Notes: generated by a model from the letters alone, not told the origin. Positions 10,173 to 23,931 are shown, counted from the stretch's first letter. The stretch: DNA of 64,000 nucleotides from Tepidisphaera sp. (GCA_050916045.1 CP051526.1:1120001-1184000), one strand, 5' to 3'. Translations and numbers: made by a program.

Positions 10173-11081
10173 TTACTTGGGCGTGGCGGGATCGGCCGGC
10201 GCGGGCGGCGTGTTTGCCGGGGGAGTGGCAGGCGGAGTGGCGGGCGGCGTGCTCGGAGCGGCACCCTCGGGCGTCGGCGCGGGGGTGTTGGGCGTCGCGG
10301 GCGAGCCGGCCGGGGCGGCAGGGGTGGTAGTCGGGATGGTGGTCGGGATGGTGGAGGGGAGCGAGGGCGGAGCGGGGGGCGCGGGGAGGTCGGCCTGGCT
10401 GAGGACGGGGGTGACCTTCTTGATGGCGTCGAGGTCGGCGATGCGCTTCTTGGCGACGTCGGCGTGGACGGAGTCTCCGGCGGCTTCGGCGAGCTTGACG
10501 GTTTCTTCGTACGCGGCGGAGGCGTCGGAGAAGTTGCCGGCGCTTTCGGCGACGGCGGCGATGCCGAAGGAAGCGGCGACGGCCATCATTCGCTTTTCGT
10601 CGGAGGATTTGGCGGCGTCGAGGACGATCTGGTACTGCTGCTTGGCGGCGCTCAGATACTGCTCGCGGAGGTCGTCGGTGAGGACGCCGGTGGCGTCGGC
10701 GATGGTGCCGTCCTCGGCTTTGATGGCGGCGCCGAGCGCGGCTTTCTGGCGGACGGCGCGGAGGTAGGCATCGGCGGCTTGGAGCCGCGCGAGGAGGGCG
10801 ACGGACTTGACGGAGGGGTATTGCTCGGCGACGGCGATGAGGGAGGTGGGGTTGGGGCGTTCACCGCGCGAGGCCATGCGGAGTTCTTCGAACGCGACGC
10901 TGAGCTGGTCCTGCTGGGCTTTGTGGTAGCGGGTGTAGAGGGCGTATCCGCCGGCGATGACGGCGATGGCGATGAGGAGGGGCGTGCTCCACTTGCGGAG
11001 GAACTCGATGAACTCGAGATTGAGTTTGGAGTCTTCGAGGCCCGCTCGCTCGCGGATCTGAAATTGACGATCGTCGGTCAT
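10173..11081 (-). CDS. Membrane-anchored helical/TPR-like protein (YfgM-like) with Pro/Thr-rich tail
   Basis: Single TM near the N-terminus, Ala-rich helices, EQYP turn, low-complexity C-terminus. Confidence 0.6.
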   Translation of the reverse strand: MTDDRQFQIRERAGLEDSKLNLEFIEFLRKWSTPLLIAIAVIAGGYALYTRYHKAQQDQLSVAFEELRMASRGERPNPTSLIAVAEQYPSVKSVALLARLQAADAYLRAVRQKAALGAAIKAEDGTIADATGVLTDDLREQYLSAAKQQYQIVLDAAKSSDEKRMMAVAASFGIAAVAESAGNFSDASAAYEETVKLAEAAGDSVHADVAKKRIADLDAIKKVTPVLSQADLPAPPAPPSLPSTIPTTIPTTTPAAPAGSPATPNTPAPTPEGAAPSTPPATPPATPPANTPPAPADPATPK

Positions 11082-11165
11082 GGCGGTGTGTTCCAGGTTT
11101 GAGCCGCGATTCTAGGAGGGGCCGCGGCCGGGTGCCGCCGGGCGGAAGGGGTGCGTTCGGATGGG

Positions 11166-12158
11166 TCAGGTCCAGAAGCGCCAGGCGCGGTCGGCCTGGT
11201 AGAGAGCGGCGGGGACGAGGCGTTCGCGGATGGCTTGGGCGAGCTCGGTGAAGCCGGAACCGAGCTTGACGGAGGTTGCGAGGTCGGGTTGCCAGGTGGG
11301 TGTGGAATCGGGGCGGGCGAGGTCGGAGCGGAGCAGGACGCGGAGGGTCGAGGGGGAGTGGTTGGATGGGGATGAAGGCAGAGGAGGGGGTGGGGGAGGA
11401 GGGGGCGGGGTGGAGGGGTCTCCGCAGAGGAGGAGGAGGTCGGCGCGGCCGGCGAGTTGAGCGGCGTCGCGGGCGGCTTCGCGTTCGAGCGGGTCTGCGG
11501 CGGCGCGGACGCCCGGGGTGTCGACGTAGCGGACGGTGAGGCCGTCGAGGTCGAGGACGACGCCGACGTGGTCGCGCGTGGTGCCGGGTTCGTCGGCGAC
11601 GATGGCGGCTTCGCGGCCGGCGAGAGCGTTGCAGAGGGAGGACTTGCCGATGTTGGCGGCGCCCCAAGCAACGACGAGCGGGGGATCGATCAGACGGCGG
11701 AGGATCGCGTCGTCAGGCTCGGGCGAGCCGGGTGGGAGGTGGTCTGCGGAAAGGTTGGGTGTGCGAGAAGCCCAGCGGGCGGGCTGAGCGAGGAGGAGGT
11801 CGATCGCGGCGGGGCTTGCGGCGAGGGCCAGGGTGTCGAGCATCGCGCATTCGAGAGCGGAAGCGGCTTCGGGTCGCGGGGCGATGGGGGAAGCGGGCCC
11901 GGCGAGGGCTTGAAGGCGTTCGGCGAGGGCGCGGACGACGGCGGGTCCGCCGTGGGGCATGACCTGGAGGAATGTGTCGGACAGGCGCGAGACGAGGGCG
12001 GTGTCGATGTGCGGGATCGTGCGGAGGGCCACGCTGCCGCGAGGAACTGCGGGGATCTCGAGGGATTCGAGGGCGCGGTCGACCTGACCCCAGAGCTCGA
12101 TGATGGCGACGGCGCCGGGGCGAGCGGGAGAAGCGAGTCGCCAGGACCAGAGGCTCAT
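11166..12158 (-). CDS. Shortened MnmE/TrmE-like GTPase
   Basis: PGAVAIIELWG and HGG N-domain motifs, G1 GAANIGKSS, G2 GTTRD, G3 DTPG; 4-bp overlap with coaX. Confidence 0.8.
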   Translation of the reverse strand: MSLWSWRLASPARPGAVAIIELWGQVDRALESLEIPAVPRGSVALRTIPHIDTALVSRLSDTFLQVMPHGGPAVVRALAERLQALAGPASPIAPRPEAASALECAMLDTLALAASPAAIDLLLAQPARWASRTPNLSADHLPPGSPEPDDAILRRLIDPPLVVAWGAANIGKSSLCNALAGREAAIVADEPGTTRDHVGVVLDLDGLTVRYVDTPGVRAAADPLEREAARDAAQLAGRADLLLLCGDPSTPPPPPPPPPLPSSPSNHSPSTLRVLLRSDLARPDSTPTWQPDLATSVKLGSGFTELAQAIRERLVPAALYQADRAWRFWT

Positions 12159-12988
12159 GGCTCGTCCGGGGAGTCTTCGCGGAGCAGGACGCGGCCGGCT
12201 TCGACGATGCCGTGAAGTTGGAGGTCGGGGACGACGTGTTCGACGACGTCATCACCATCGAAGAGGAAAGCGGCGTCGCCGCCGGTGGCGACGATCTGCG
12301 GGTAGGCTTCGTAGTACTCGGCGTAGCGTTCGGTGACGTAACGGACGAGACCGAGAGCGGCGCAGCGGACGCCGAGGAGCATGGCGTGCTTGGTGTCCTT
12401 GCCGAAGGGGCCGCGGGCGGGGTCGGGGCGAACGAGCTCGACCTCGGGGAGGGCGGCGGTGTGCTGGTGCAGGGCGCTCAGCATCATGCGGAGACCGGGG
12501 GCGATGACGCCGCCCTGGAAGACGCCGGAGCCGTCGATGAAGTCGACGGTGATGGCGGTGCCGGCGTCGACGATGACGCAGGCCTGTCTGGCTTTGGAGT
12601 AGGCTCCCAAGGCGCAGAGGAGGCGGTCCTGTCCGACGGTTGAAGCGTCGTCCAAGGCGTGCTGGATGGGAACGACCATGTCCCTGCCGAAGGGGTGGAC
12701 CTCGTAGCCGAGGGCGGTGAGGGCGTCGGCGAGCGGGAGGGCGACGGGGGGGTTGACGGACGAGAGGACGAAGTCGCGGGCGCCGGCTTTGTCGGCGAGG
12801 GCGGCGAGATCGCGGGCGGCGGCGTGGATGTCGGCGTGTTCGATGGGAGCGGGGTCGTGGAGGGTCCATTTGGAGACGACGCCGGCGCGAGTGCGGGTGT
12901 TGCCGACGGCGACGGCGACGAAGGAAGCGGGGTCGAAGTCCGGCGGGGTGGCGTCGTGGGGGAGATTGGGCGAGGGTTCCGGGGTCAT
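12155..12988 (-). CDS. coaX: Type III pantothenate kinase
   Basis: VGNTR, GQDR, VDAGTAITVD, GGVIAPG, ATGGDA motifs. Confidence 0.93.
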   Translation of the reverse strand: MTPEPSPNLPHDATPPDFDPASFVAVAVGNTRTRAGVVSKWTLHDPAPIEHADIHAAARDLAALADKAGARDFVLSSVNPPVALPLADALTALGYEVHPFGRDMVVPIQHALDDASTVGQDRLLCALGAYSKARQACVIVDAGTAITVDFIDGSGVFQGGVIAPGLRMMLSALHQHTAALPEVELVRPDPARGPFGKDTKHAMLLGVRCAALGLVRYVTERYAEYYEAYPQIVATGGDAAFLFDGDDVVEHVVPDLQLHGIVEAGRVLLREDSPDEP

Positions 12989-13051
12989 GCGCTCACGGTA
13001 GGGTTGCCGGATCGTCTTGAAGTGATCGCGCCGCTACCGTTGCACTTGACG

Positions 13052-14251
13052 ATGCCCAAACGCGATGAGCCAACTCCGCCAGAGGATTCCACCCAGCCGG
13101 GCGATAAGCCCGCCGGGGAAGTGTCCGAGCGGGGTTCGTTTGATCCGGGGCCGATCGATCAAGCGGATCCGTTCGTTCGGTGCAAGGTGGATCCGGCGAT
13201 CGAGCGGCATCGGATCGGCGGGTTCCGGTTCCCGCTGGGGGTGTATCCGGTGGAGGAACTTGGGCCCAAGCCCGGGTACACGCTTGATTTTGAGTCCGCG
13301 GACGGCGGGGATGAGGAAGCGGGCGAGTGGGAGGAGTGGCCGGATCGGTACGTGTTTGACGCGGTGCTGACGATCGAGCGAGTTCCGAACCTGGTTCGGT
13401 GCTTGCTCTCGATGATGCCGCCGAAGGTGTTTCCGATTCTGGACGTCCTGGGGCATGACGCGTTTCGCGAGATTGATCCGTATGTGGCGTACGACACGGT
13501 GGGGCTGGACCGGGTGATCGAGGCTCTCAAGCAGGTGCCGGCCTTCTTCTATGAGGATGGCTTGTGCGGGTTTGGCGCGATGTCGGAGGAGCCGTTCTTC
13601 TACTTCTTCGTGGATGAGCACAAGATCGTGACCGTCCGGGTGGAAGCGGGGCTGAAGGAGCAGGTCGAGCGACTGATGGCCGCGTTTGACCTTGAGCAGA
13701 ACGAGGATGCGGCGGGGGTGGATGCGGCGGCTCATGAGCATCGGAGCGTGCTGGTGACGCCTGAGGATGACCCGAGGATGCTGGGGTTTGACGAGGTGGT
13801 TGAGCGGCTTCGGGATGACTGGCGGCTGGTGCTCAACATCAATCCTGAGACGAATGTGGATGACGAGGACCGGGACCTGGGGCCGACCGGGTGGTGGTGC
13901 CGTGTTCGAGTCGAGGTGCCGGTGAAGGCCGAGCAGGCTCCGGAGGGGGGCGTCGAGCCAGAAACCCTGGCGGAGACGCGGTACGTGGAGGTGGTTCTGG
14001 TGGCCGAATGCCTCCGGGAAGCGGAGGAAGAGGCGATTCTGGCGGCGGAGAAGCACGCCGGGTTGCCGTCGAGTGCTCTCAAGGTGGAGAGCCTGGACGA
14101 GGATGAGGAGGACGGGCTGGTCCCACCTTTTGTGGTGTTTGCGGATCGCATGTCCGAGGACCAGTTGGAAACGCAGCGGAAGAGCGCCCCGAAACGGAAG
14201 GGGCCGGCGACGGGTCCGGGCATGATTACTTCGGTCAAGTGGGCGGACTGA
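13052..14251 (+). CDS. Acidic hypothetical protein
   Basis: Protein-like composition from ATG 13052, divergent from coaX; no family recognised. Confidence 0.75.
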   Translation: MPKRDEPTPPEDSTQPGDKPAGEVSERGSFDPGPIDQADPFVRCKVDPAIERHRIGGFRFPLGVYPVEELGPKPGYTLDFESADGGDEEAGEWEEWPDRYVFDAVLTIERVPNLVRCLLSMMPPKVFPILDVLGHDAFREIDPYVAYDTVGLDRVIEALKQVPAFFYEDGLCGFGAMSEEPFFYFFVDEHKIVTVRVEAGLKEQVERLMAAFDLEQNEDAAGVDAAAHEHRSVLVTPEDDPRMLGFDEVVERLRDDWRLVLNINPETNVDDEDRDLGPTGWWCRVRVEVPVKAEQAPEGGVEPETLAETRYVEVVLVAECLREAEEEAILAAEKHAGLPSSALKVESLDEDEEDGLVPPFVVFADRMSEDQLETQRKSAPKRKGPATGPGMITSVKWAD

Positions 14252-14795
14252 CGGCGGGGACTGCGGGTGGCCTGCGGATGGGATTGCGGGCGGGTTTGCG
14301 GGCCGGCTGGGCGGAAATCCGCGTTTTCTTTCAAGTTGGGAGCGGAAAGTCGCGGCGGGACGGAACCCCGGGGTTCGGGGTTGCGAAGGGGCACCCACCA
14401 AGCCGGTTGCGTTCGGTAGCGCAATCTTGTATGGTGTGCGACCCATGCCGCCCCCGGCAGCCCGAACGACGGGCGACGGAGGGCGGGCCGAGCGTCGCCA
14501 ATACCGGGAAAGCCGGTCCGGACGAGCGGTGGGGGAGTTGGATAGGCCCGCGTGGGGCGGGGCGGGGCGTTGGCCGCAAGCGGGCCGGCGCGGAGGATGG
14601 CGGGGTGTTGGTGGGCGAGGTGGGGAGCGAACGTCGGTTGGGCGTCGGCGGCACGCGTGTGCTGCGGCCCGGCGGGCGGACCCGTCGCGAATGTCCCTTG
14701 CCCCAAGGGCCTCGCACGAAAGTGTTCCTGGGAGTTGACGCCGACGATTGAGACGCCACGATAGTCCCTTTCCCGGTATGTCTCGGAGACCATCC

Positions 14796-18305
<3,510 letters not shown>

Positions 18306-18341
18306 GGGTTGGTGAAGGGTTTGGATTGAACGAGAAAGCGA

Positions 18342-18378
18342 CAGGCCCGGCGAGGAATCGCCGGGCCTGGTTGTTTTT
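18342..18378 (+). terminator. Intrinsic terminator after the secretin gene
   Basis: 12-bp stem CAGGCCCGGCGA/TCGCCGGGCCTG, GGAA loop, then GTTGTTTTT. Confidence 0.8.
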
Positions 18379-18405
18379 GGGGGTGGGGGGATGAGAGTAT
18401 GGGGG

Positions 18406-18540
18406 TTTGAGATTTTGGATTTGGAATTTGAAATTTGAAATTTCAAATTGGAAATCTGAAATCTCAAAGCCAAAATGTCAAATTGCAGATCTCAAATTGC
18501 AGATCTCAAATCTCAAATTTCAGAGCTCAAATGTCAGAGC
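18406..18540. repeat. AT-rich degenerate heptamer tandem array with dyad symmetry
   Basis: ATTTGAA-type units switch to TCAAATC-type units; perfect palindrome AATTTGAAATTTCAAATT at 18432-18449. Confidence 0.9.
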
Positions 18541-19428
18541 TCACGCTTCGCCGGGGCGGAACTCTTTGATTTCGGTTCGGACGTCCCAGAGTTCGGGGAA
18601 GAAGGAGTCGTCGACGATGTGGCGGAGGTAGTTGACGCCCGCGGTGCCGCCGGTGCCTCGTTTGAGGCCGATGACGCGTTGGACGACCTTGAGGTGGCGG
18701 AAGCGCCAGAGGCACTGGGCTTCGTCGATGTCGACGAGCTTTTCGGCCATTTCGTAAGCGTCCCAGTGCTTGCTTGGTTCTTCGTAGATGTGGCGGAAGA
18801 CTTCGATGACGCCGGGGTGGGAGGTGTGGCGTTGGCGGACGTCTCGGGCGAGAACTTCGGCGGGGACGGGGAGGCCGCGGCGGGCGAGGGCTCGCAGGAA
18901 CTCGTCGTAGATGGACGGGGCTCGCCAAGCGGCGTCGAGGCGGGCGTAGGACTCGGAGTCGTGGCGGAAGATGGCGAGCATCCGCTCATCCTTGTGGCCG
19001 AGCATGAACTCGATGAGGCGGTTCTGGAGGGACTGGATTCCGGAAGCGGGTCCGAGGACGTGTCGGAACTGGACGTATTCGCTGGGGGTAAGGGTCGCGA
19101 GGACGGACCACTGGCCCAGGAGCTGCTGCTGGATGTGCTTGACTCGGGCGAGGACCTTGAAGGAAGCTTCGAACCGGTCGGTGGCGACGAGGGTCATGGC
19201 TTCGCGGAGCTCGTGGACGACGAGCTTGAACCAGAGCTCGGTGGTCTGGTGCTGGATGATGAAGAGGAGCTCGTCGTGGTGCTCGGGGGAGGAGAGAGGG
19301 TTCTGGCAGGCGAGGAGCTTGGAGAGGGAGAGGTATCCCGCGTAATCGAGCTGGCCGCCGAGCTCGGTCTTGGTGTTGGGGTCAAAAGCAGGCTTGTGCG
19401 TGTCGCCGCCGGCGTGGTCTGTGGACAT
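18541..19428 (-). CDS. kynA: Tryptophan 2,3-dioxygenase
   Basis: [56 protein letters not shown]. Confidence 0.96.
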   Translation of the reverse strand: MSTDHAGGDTHKPAFDPNTKTELGGQLDYAGYLSLSKLLACQNPLSSPEHHDELLFIIQHQTTELWFKLVVHELREAMTLVATDRFEASFKVLARVKHIQQQLLGQWSVLATLTPSEYVQFRHVLGPASGIQSLQNRLIEFMLGHKDERMLAIFRHDSESYARLDAAWRAPSIYDEFLRALARRGLPVPAEVLARDVRQRHTSHPGVIEVFRHIYEEPSKHWDAYEMAEKLVDIDEAQCLWRFRHLKVVQRVIGLKRGTGGTAGVNYLRHIVDDSFFPELWDVRTEIKEFRPGEA

Positions 19429-19490
19429 AGCGGTCCCTCGGAGGAAAGGGGCAGCATACGCGCGTCGGGGGTGTGCGAGCCGAGCAGCGG

Positions 19491-19730
19491 CTAACGCGGG
19501 TCGGACGCGGGTTCGCGTTCGTCGGCGCCGGCGATGCCGGAGCGCTCGGCGGGGGAGGATCCGGGTTCGTCGCCCGATTCGGTGGGGGCGATGCGAATGT
19601 TGCGGGTGGCCAGGTACTCGTCGCGGGCGGAGGACCGGCAGCCTGCGAGGCCGGCGGTTCCGGCGAGGAGCGAGGCGGCCAGGAGGAGAAGGCCCAAGCG
19701 GGTACGAAGATCGGGGAGGGAAGGGTGCAT
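19491..19730 (-). CDS. Small putative lipoprotein
   Basis: Signal peptide ending in a LAGC lipobox; 79 aa from ATG 19730. Confidence 0.6.
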   Translation of the reverse strand: MHPSLPDLRTRLGLLLLAASLLAGTAGLAGCRSSARDEYLATRNIRIAPTESGDEPGSSPAERSGIAGADEREPASDPR

Positions 19731-19994
19731 GGGGCGGGTTGGTTCGTCTACGGCCTGCGAACGGTTGAAGATGCGGATCATACAGGAAAGAGGATCGGCG
19801 GGGTCGGTCGGTTTTCAGGATGGATTTGCGGAGGGGGCGGCCCGAGAACGGGCTTGGACGTCGGTAGAGGCTGTGCGGGCGTCGTTGCTGGCATGGAGGG
19901 TGGCATTGACGTTTGGGTTCTGCGTGGTAGCATCGCCCGGTCCGCGCGCGGGTACGATCCGCGTTTCCCGCAGAGGTTTTTGGAGCCGCTCCCC

Positions 19995-20873
19995 ATGAAG
20001 TTCGCGTTCAGCACCGTTGCCTGCCCGGATTGGACCCTCGACCGCGTCGCCGATGTGGCGCAGTCGCTTGGCTTTGCGGGTGTTGAGCTCCGCACGTTCG
20101 GGTGGAACTCGAGTGCGTCGGCGTGCGATCCGTCGTTGACGGACGCTCGCAAGGTTCAGCAGATTCTTCGTGCTGGCGGAGCGGAGCCGGTGTGTCTTTC
20201 GACGGGGATCGGGTTTGGGCGGCCGGTGACTCCGCCGGTGATCGGCTGGGCGATCACGGACGTGCACCGCGATGCGCGTGAAGCGTCGTCGCTGGTCGAG
20301 CTTGCGGCGTTGCTTGAGTGTCCGTTCATCCGGGTGTTCGGCCATGAATTCCCGCGGAACGAGAAGCACTCGCGGGCGGTTGATCGGATCGTGAGCCGTC
20401 TGCTTCAGGTGGCGGACGCGGGCCGTGCGCGACAGGTGCGGGTGCTGGTGGAGAACGGCGGGTCGTTCGCGACGGCGGCGGAGCTTTGCGAGCTGCTTGA
20501 TGAGGCCGATCATCCGTGCTTGGGTGCGTTGTACAACGTGGCGGAGGCGCACGTCGCGGGCGAGACGCCCGAAGCGGGCATCAACGTGCTCGGCGAGCGT
20601 CTGATGATGGCGAAGGTGAAGGATTTCGCGGGCGGCAAGCCGGTTGCTTTGGGCGAGGGGACGATTCCGGTGCAGTTGGCGATGTCGGAGCTTCGTCGGT
20701 CGGGGTTCTCGGGCCCGGTGTCGTACGAGCTGGACCGGCTTTGGCTTGGGATGGGGATGGACGCGGAGCCGCTTCTGCGGAAGTCGGTTCAGCGGATGTT
20801 TGAGTGGGGCGTCGGGGCACCGTCGGCGGTCCGAACGGGTCGGATGGTCGACTCCATGACCTCCCACGCCTAA
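19995..20873 (+). CDS. Sugar phosphate isomerase/epimerase family TIM barrel
   Basis: [39 protein letters not shown] upstream. Confidence 0.8.
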   Translation: MKFAFSTVACPDWTLDRVADVAQSLGFAGVELRTFGWNSSASACDPSLTDARKVQQILRAGGAEPVCLSTGIGFGRPVTPPVIGWAITDVHRDAREASSLVELAALLECPFIRVFGHEFPRNEKHSRAVDRIVSRLLQVADAGRARQVRVLVENGGSFATAAELCELLDEADHPCLGALYNVAEAHVAGETPEAGINVLGERLMMAKVKDFAGGKPVALGEGTIPVQLAMSELRRSGFSGPVSYELDRLWLGMGMDAEPLLRKSVQRMFEWGVGAPSAVRTGRMVDSMTSHA

Positions 20874-20875
20874 CG

Positions 20876-20884
20876 TGCTATAGT
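20876..20884 (+). promoter_or_regulatory. Extended -10 promoter for tRNA-Val
   Basis: TGcTATAGT about 30 nt before the tRNA. Confidence 0.55.
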
Positions 20885-20913
20885 CTTGACCCGGTCCAAC
20901 CGGGACACAGTTT

Positions 20914-20987
20914 GGGCGATTAGCGCAGTTGGCTAGCGCGCTTCCTTGACATGGAAGAGGTCACTGGTTCAAGTCCAGTATCGCTCA
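20914..20987 (+). tRNA. tRNA-Val(GAC)
   Basis: Acceptor GGGCGAT/ATCGCTC, anticodon arm CTTCC-TTGACAT-GGAAG, GGTTCAAGTCC T arm; CCA not encoded. Confidence 0.96.
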
Positions 20988-21202
20988 TTGATCCGCCGCT
21001 CGGGAACCTCTGATGTGGGCGTGATCTTTCTCCAGCGACAATCGAGTGTGATGGTCGATCGGTGTGCCGACGGGGTTGCCGTTGGGATTGCCGTCGGCGC
21101 AGGCGTGGGCTCGCCCGGATGGTTTGGTGCTTGGGTTTGCGGCACGACGTTCGGAAAACGATCGGTCGGGCGAAGGGCGAGCACTCGGCGCGAGTCGGTT
21201 CT

Positions 21203-22084
21203 ATGATGGACCCAAGGCCACAGGAGCTCTCGTTGACCAGTGTCCCATCTCCAGCATCGACCGCACGTCCCGCCTCCGTGGCCGAGCGTGTGTCCCACTG
21301 GCCGCTGCCCGGACAGGTGGGCCCGGACCGTCTTCCCCTTTCCGCTCGCATCGCCGAAGCCGGTCCGACGACCGGGACGCCGATCGTGTTTCTTCACGGT
21401 CTGGTCGGGCTGAACGATCACTGGGAAGGCGTCGTGGGCCAGCTCAAGTCGATCGCGCGGTGCGTGATGGTCGAGATGCCGCTGCTCCGCCTGACCGGCG
21501 ATGACTGCAGCGTCGAGGGCGTGACCAAGCTGACGCTCCGGTATCTTCGCGAGAGCCTTCGTGAGCCGGCGATCCTCGTCGGGAACAGCTTCGGCGGGCA
21601 CGTGGCGATGCGGATCGCGTGCGACGATCCCTCGGCGGTTCGCGGCTTGGTGCTTGCGGGGGCTTCAGGGTTGTACGAGCGATCGCTTCTGGCGAACGTT
21701 CAGATCCGTCCGAGCCGCGCGTGGCTTGCCCGCAAGATCGGCGAGCTTTTCCACGACAAGCGTCACGTATGGGAGAGCGACATCGACCGGGCGTACGAGG
21801 AGCTTTCGGCTCGCTCGGGCGCGCGGGCGATGGTGAGGCTTTCGCGATCGGCGCGGGCGGACCACCTGGGCGAGAAGCTGCACAAGATTCAGTCTCCGAC
21901 GCTTCTGATCTGGGGCCGCCAGGATGTGGTGACGCCTCCGGACACGGCGGAGGAGTTCAACCGGCTGATCAAGGGCTCGCGTCTTGAGTGGATCGATCAG
22001 TGCGGCCATGCTCCGATGATGGAACGCACCGAGGTCTTCAGCGAGCATGTGGGTTCGTTTTATCAGAGGCTTCGAACGCCGTGA
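21203..22084 (+). CDS. Alpha/beta-fold hydrolase
   Basis: FLHGL, GNSFGG nucleophile elbow, IWGRQD, CGHAP; start uncertain. Confidence 0.9.
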   Translation: MMDPRPQELSLTSVPSPASTARPASVAERVSHWPLPGQVGPDRLPLSARIAEAGPTTGTPIVFLHGLVGLNDHWEGVVGQLKSIARCVMVEMPLLRLTGDDCSVEGVTKLTLRYLRESLREPAILVGNSFGGHVAMRIACDDPSAVRGLVLAGASGLYERSLLANVQIRPSRAWLARKIGELFHDKRHVWESDIDRAYEELSARSGARAMVRLSRSARADHLGEKLHKIQSPTLLIWGRQDVVTPPDTAEEFNRLIKGSRLEWIDQCGHAPMMERTEVFSEHVGSFYQRLRTP

Positions 22085-23751
22085 GCCCGACGCTTCCGGC
22101 ACTGCATGACGCACCGCTCCGGTGGACCTCGCTGATCGGCGTGGGGTTGGCGGCGTATACGGCGCGGCGCAAGCTGCTGTTGGATGATCTCACGTACTGG
22201 AAGGTGAACACGGCGCGGCTGCAGCAGGCGCAGCTCCGGTCGGTCCTCGCCCGCGCGAAGGACACGGAGTTTGGCCGCGGGCATGAGTTCGGCAAGCTCA
22301 TGAAGCTCGGGGATCGCGAGCTTCTGCCGGCGTTTCGCGCGGCGGTGCCGATGGGCGACTACGAGGCGTATCGGGCGATGATCGTCCGGATGCGCGAGGG
22401 GGGCGAGCCGGGGATTCTCTGGCCCGGCGTCGTGAAGAATTACGCGCAGACGAGCGGGACCACGGCGGGCGACAAGTTCATGGCCGTCAGCGACGAGATG
22501 ATGTCGTCGAACTTCAGGGCATCGCTGGACATCTTCGGGCACGCTTCGCGGATGGGCGTTTCGCTGCCGCGGCTGACGTCGGGGCGGCTGCTTTTCCTCG
22601 GCGGGTCGACGGAGCTTTCGCAGAACAAGCACGGCATCAAGACGGGGGACCTTTCGGGGATCGTGGCTCCGTTGATTCGCTGGCCGCTTTCGGAGATCTA
22701 TTCGCCGGGTCACGAGATCGCGCTGATGAGCGACTGGCCGGCGAAGATCGAAGCGATGGCCCGCGCGACGGCGTCGCAGGACATCCGAATGATCTCGGGG
22801 ATGCCGAGTTGGACGCTCAAGCTTGTGGCCCGCGCGATGGAGATCGCCCGTGAGAAGCCGGGCGGGCGGAAGATCCGCACGCTCCGCGACCTGTGGCCGA
22901 ATTTCACGCTTTTCGTCCACGGCGGGGTGAAGTACGGACCGTTCGAGCCTCGCGTTCGCGAAGCCTGGTCGGGAGACGCGGCGGGCGAGGACATTCCGCG
23001 CCGCCTCGAGGTTTACCCGGCGAGCGAGGGGTTCATCGCGATGCAGGACACGGCGGGGGACCCGGGGTTGCGCCTGCTTTCGGACATCGGGAACTTCTAC
23101 GAGTTCGTGCCGCTTGAGGAGATTTCGAGCCCGAACGCGCGGGCGTTCGCGAGCCACGAGGTCGAGAAGGGGCAGCGGTACGTGGTGGTGATGACGACGT
23201 GCGCGGGGTTCTACCGGTACATCATCGGGGACGTGGTCGAGTTTGACACGATCCCGGCGAAGCCCGAGTGGGAGGGCGGCGGCGGGGGCGACGGGCCTTG
23301 CCGCTTGCGGATCGTCGGCCGGCACAAGCACTTCATCAACGCGTTCGGCGAGAACATCATCGTCGAGCACATCGAGAATGCGGTGGCGCAGGCGGCATCG
23401 GCGGCGAGCGTGGTGGTGGGAGAGTTCACGGCGGCACCGGTGTATCCGGCTCCGGGCGTCTCGCCGGGTTTGGAGCTTGCGGTCGAGTCGGTGCAGGGTC
23501 TGACGGATCCGATCGCCCGAAGGGTGTTCGCCGAGGCTTTTGACGCGGCGATCAAAGCTCAGAACGTGGACTACACGACGAAGCGGACGGGCGATGTGGG
23601 GATGGCTCCGCCGACGGTCACGGTGCTGCCGGTCGGGACGTTTCACCGCTGGATGCAGAGCCGTGGCAAGCTCGGCGGGCAGCACAAGTGCCCCAGGTGC
23701 GCGAACCACCGCGAGATCATCGATGCGGCGAAGGCGGCGGCGAAGGGTTGA
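22081..23751 (+). CDS. GH3 family (acyl-adenylate/amido synthetase-like) protein
   Basis: TSGTT, YPASEGF, YRYIIGD, DY...R, GKLGGQHKCPR; GTG overlaps the upstream stop (GTGA). Confidence 0.9.
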   Translation: MSPTLPALHDAPLRWTSLIGVGLAAYTARRKLLLDDLTYWKVNTARLQQAQLRSVLARAKDTEFGRGHEFGKLMKLGDRELLPAFRAAVPMGDYEAYRAMIVRMREGGEPGILWPGVVKNYAQTSGTTAGDKFMAVSDEMMSSNFRASLDIFGHASRMGVSLPRLTSGRLLFLGGSTELSQNKHGIKTGDLSGIVAPLIRWPLSEIYSPGHEIALMSDWPAKIEAMARATASQDIRMISGMPSWTLKLVARAMEIAREKPGGRKIRTLRDLWPNFTLFVHGGVKYGPFEPRVREAWSGDAAGEDIPRRLEVYPASEGFIAMQDTAGDPGLRLLSDIGNFYEFVPLEEISSPNARAFASHEVEKGQRYVVVMTTCAGFYRYIIGDVVEFDTIPAKPEWEGGGGGDGPCRLRIVGRHKHFINAFGENIIVEHIENAVAQAASAASVVVGEFTAAPVYPAPGVSPGLELAVESVQGLTDPIARRVFAEAFDAAIKAQNVDYTTKRTGDVGMAPPTVTVLPVGTFHRWMQSRGKLGGQHKCPRCANHREIIDAAKAAAKG

Positions 23752-23775
23752 GTGGTGGGGCGTTGAGTGGTGGGG
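23747..23775 (+). repeat. Short direct repeat GTTGAGTGGTGGGG x2
   Basis: Copies at 23747-23760 and 23762-23775, at the GH3 stop. Confidence 0.7.
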
Positions 23776-23830
23776 ATGGGTCGCGAAGCCGTAGCCGGAT
23801 TCGCGGACCGAGCGTGCGACGCGGAGCCAA

Positions 23831-23876
23831 AGCGGGCGACCGGATTCGAACCGGCGACGTACAGCTTGGAAGGCTG
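23831..23876 (-). repeat. att-site duplication of the tRNA-Gly 3' part (46 bp)
   Basis: Identical to 24548-24593; lacks the tRNA 5' half. Confidence 0.95.
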
Positions 23877-23898
23877 ATCGTCCACCCCCTACCTAACA

Positions 23899-23931
23899 CG
23901 CCCGTCGGCCTTTTCTAAGGGCCGGCGGGCG
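23899..23931. terminator. GC-rich hairpin inside the mini-element
   Basis: CGCCCGTCGGCC...GGCCGGCGGGCG inverted repeat downstream of the cargo genes; no clear U tract. Confidence 0.5.

Noticed and set aside
18406..18540. Possible CRISPR array or small ORFs in the AT-rich repeat
   Set aside because: 7-bp periodic units without unique spacers and no cas genes; the translations (QISNLK) merely reflect the repeat.
23831..23876. Second tRNA-Gly gene
   Set aside because: Lacks the D arm and 5' acceptor strand; it is an att remnant.
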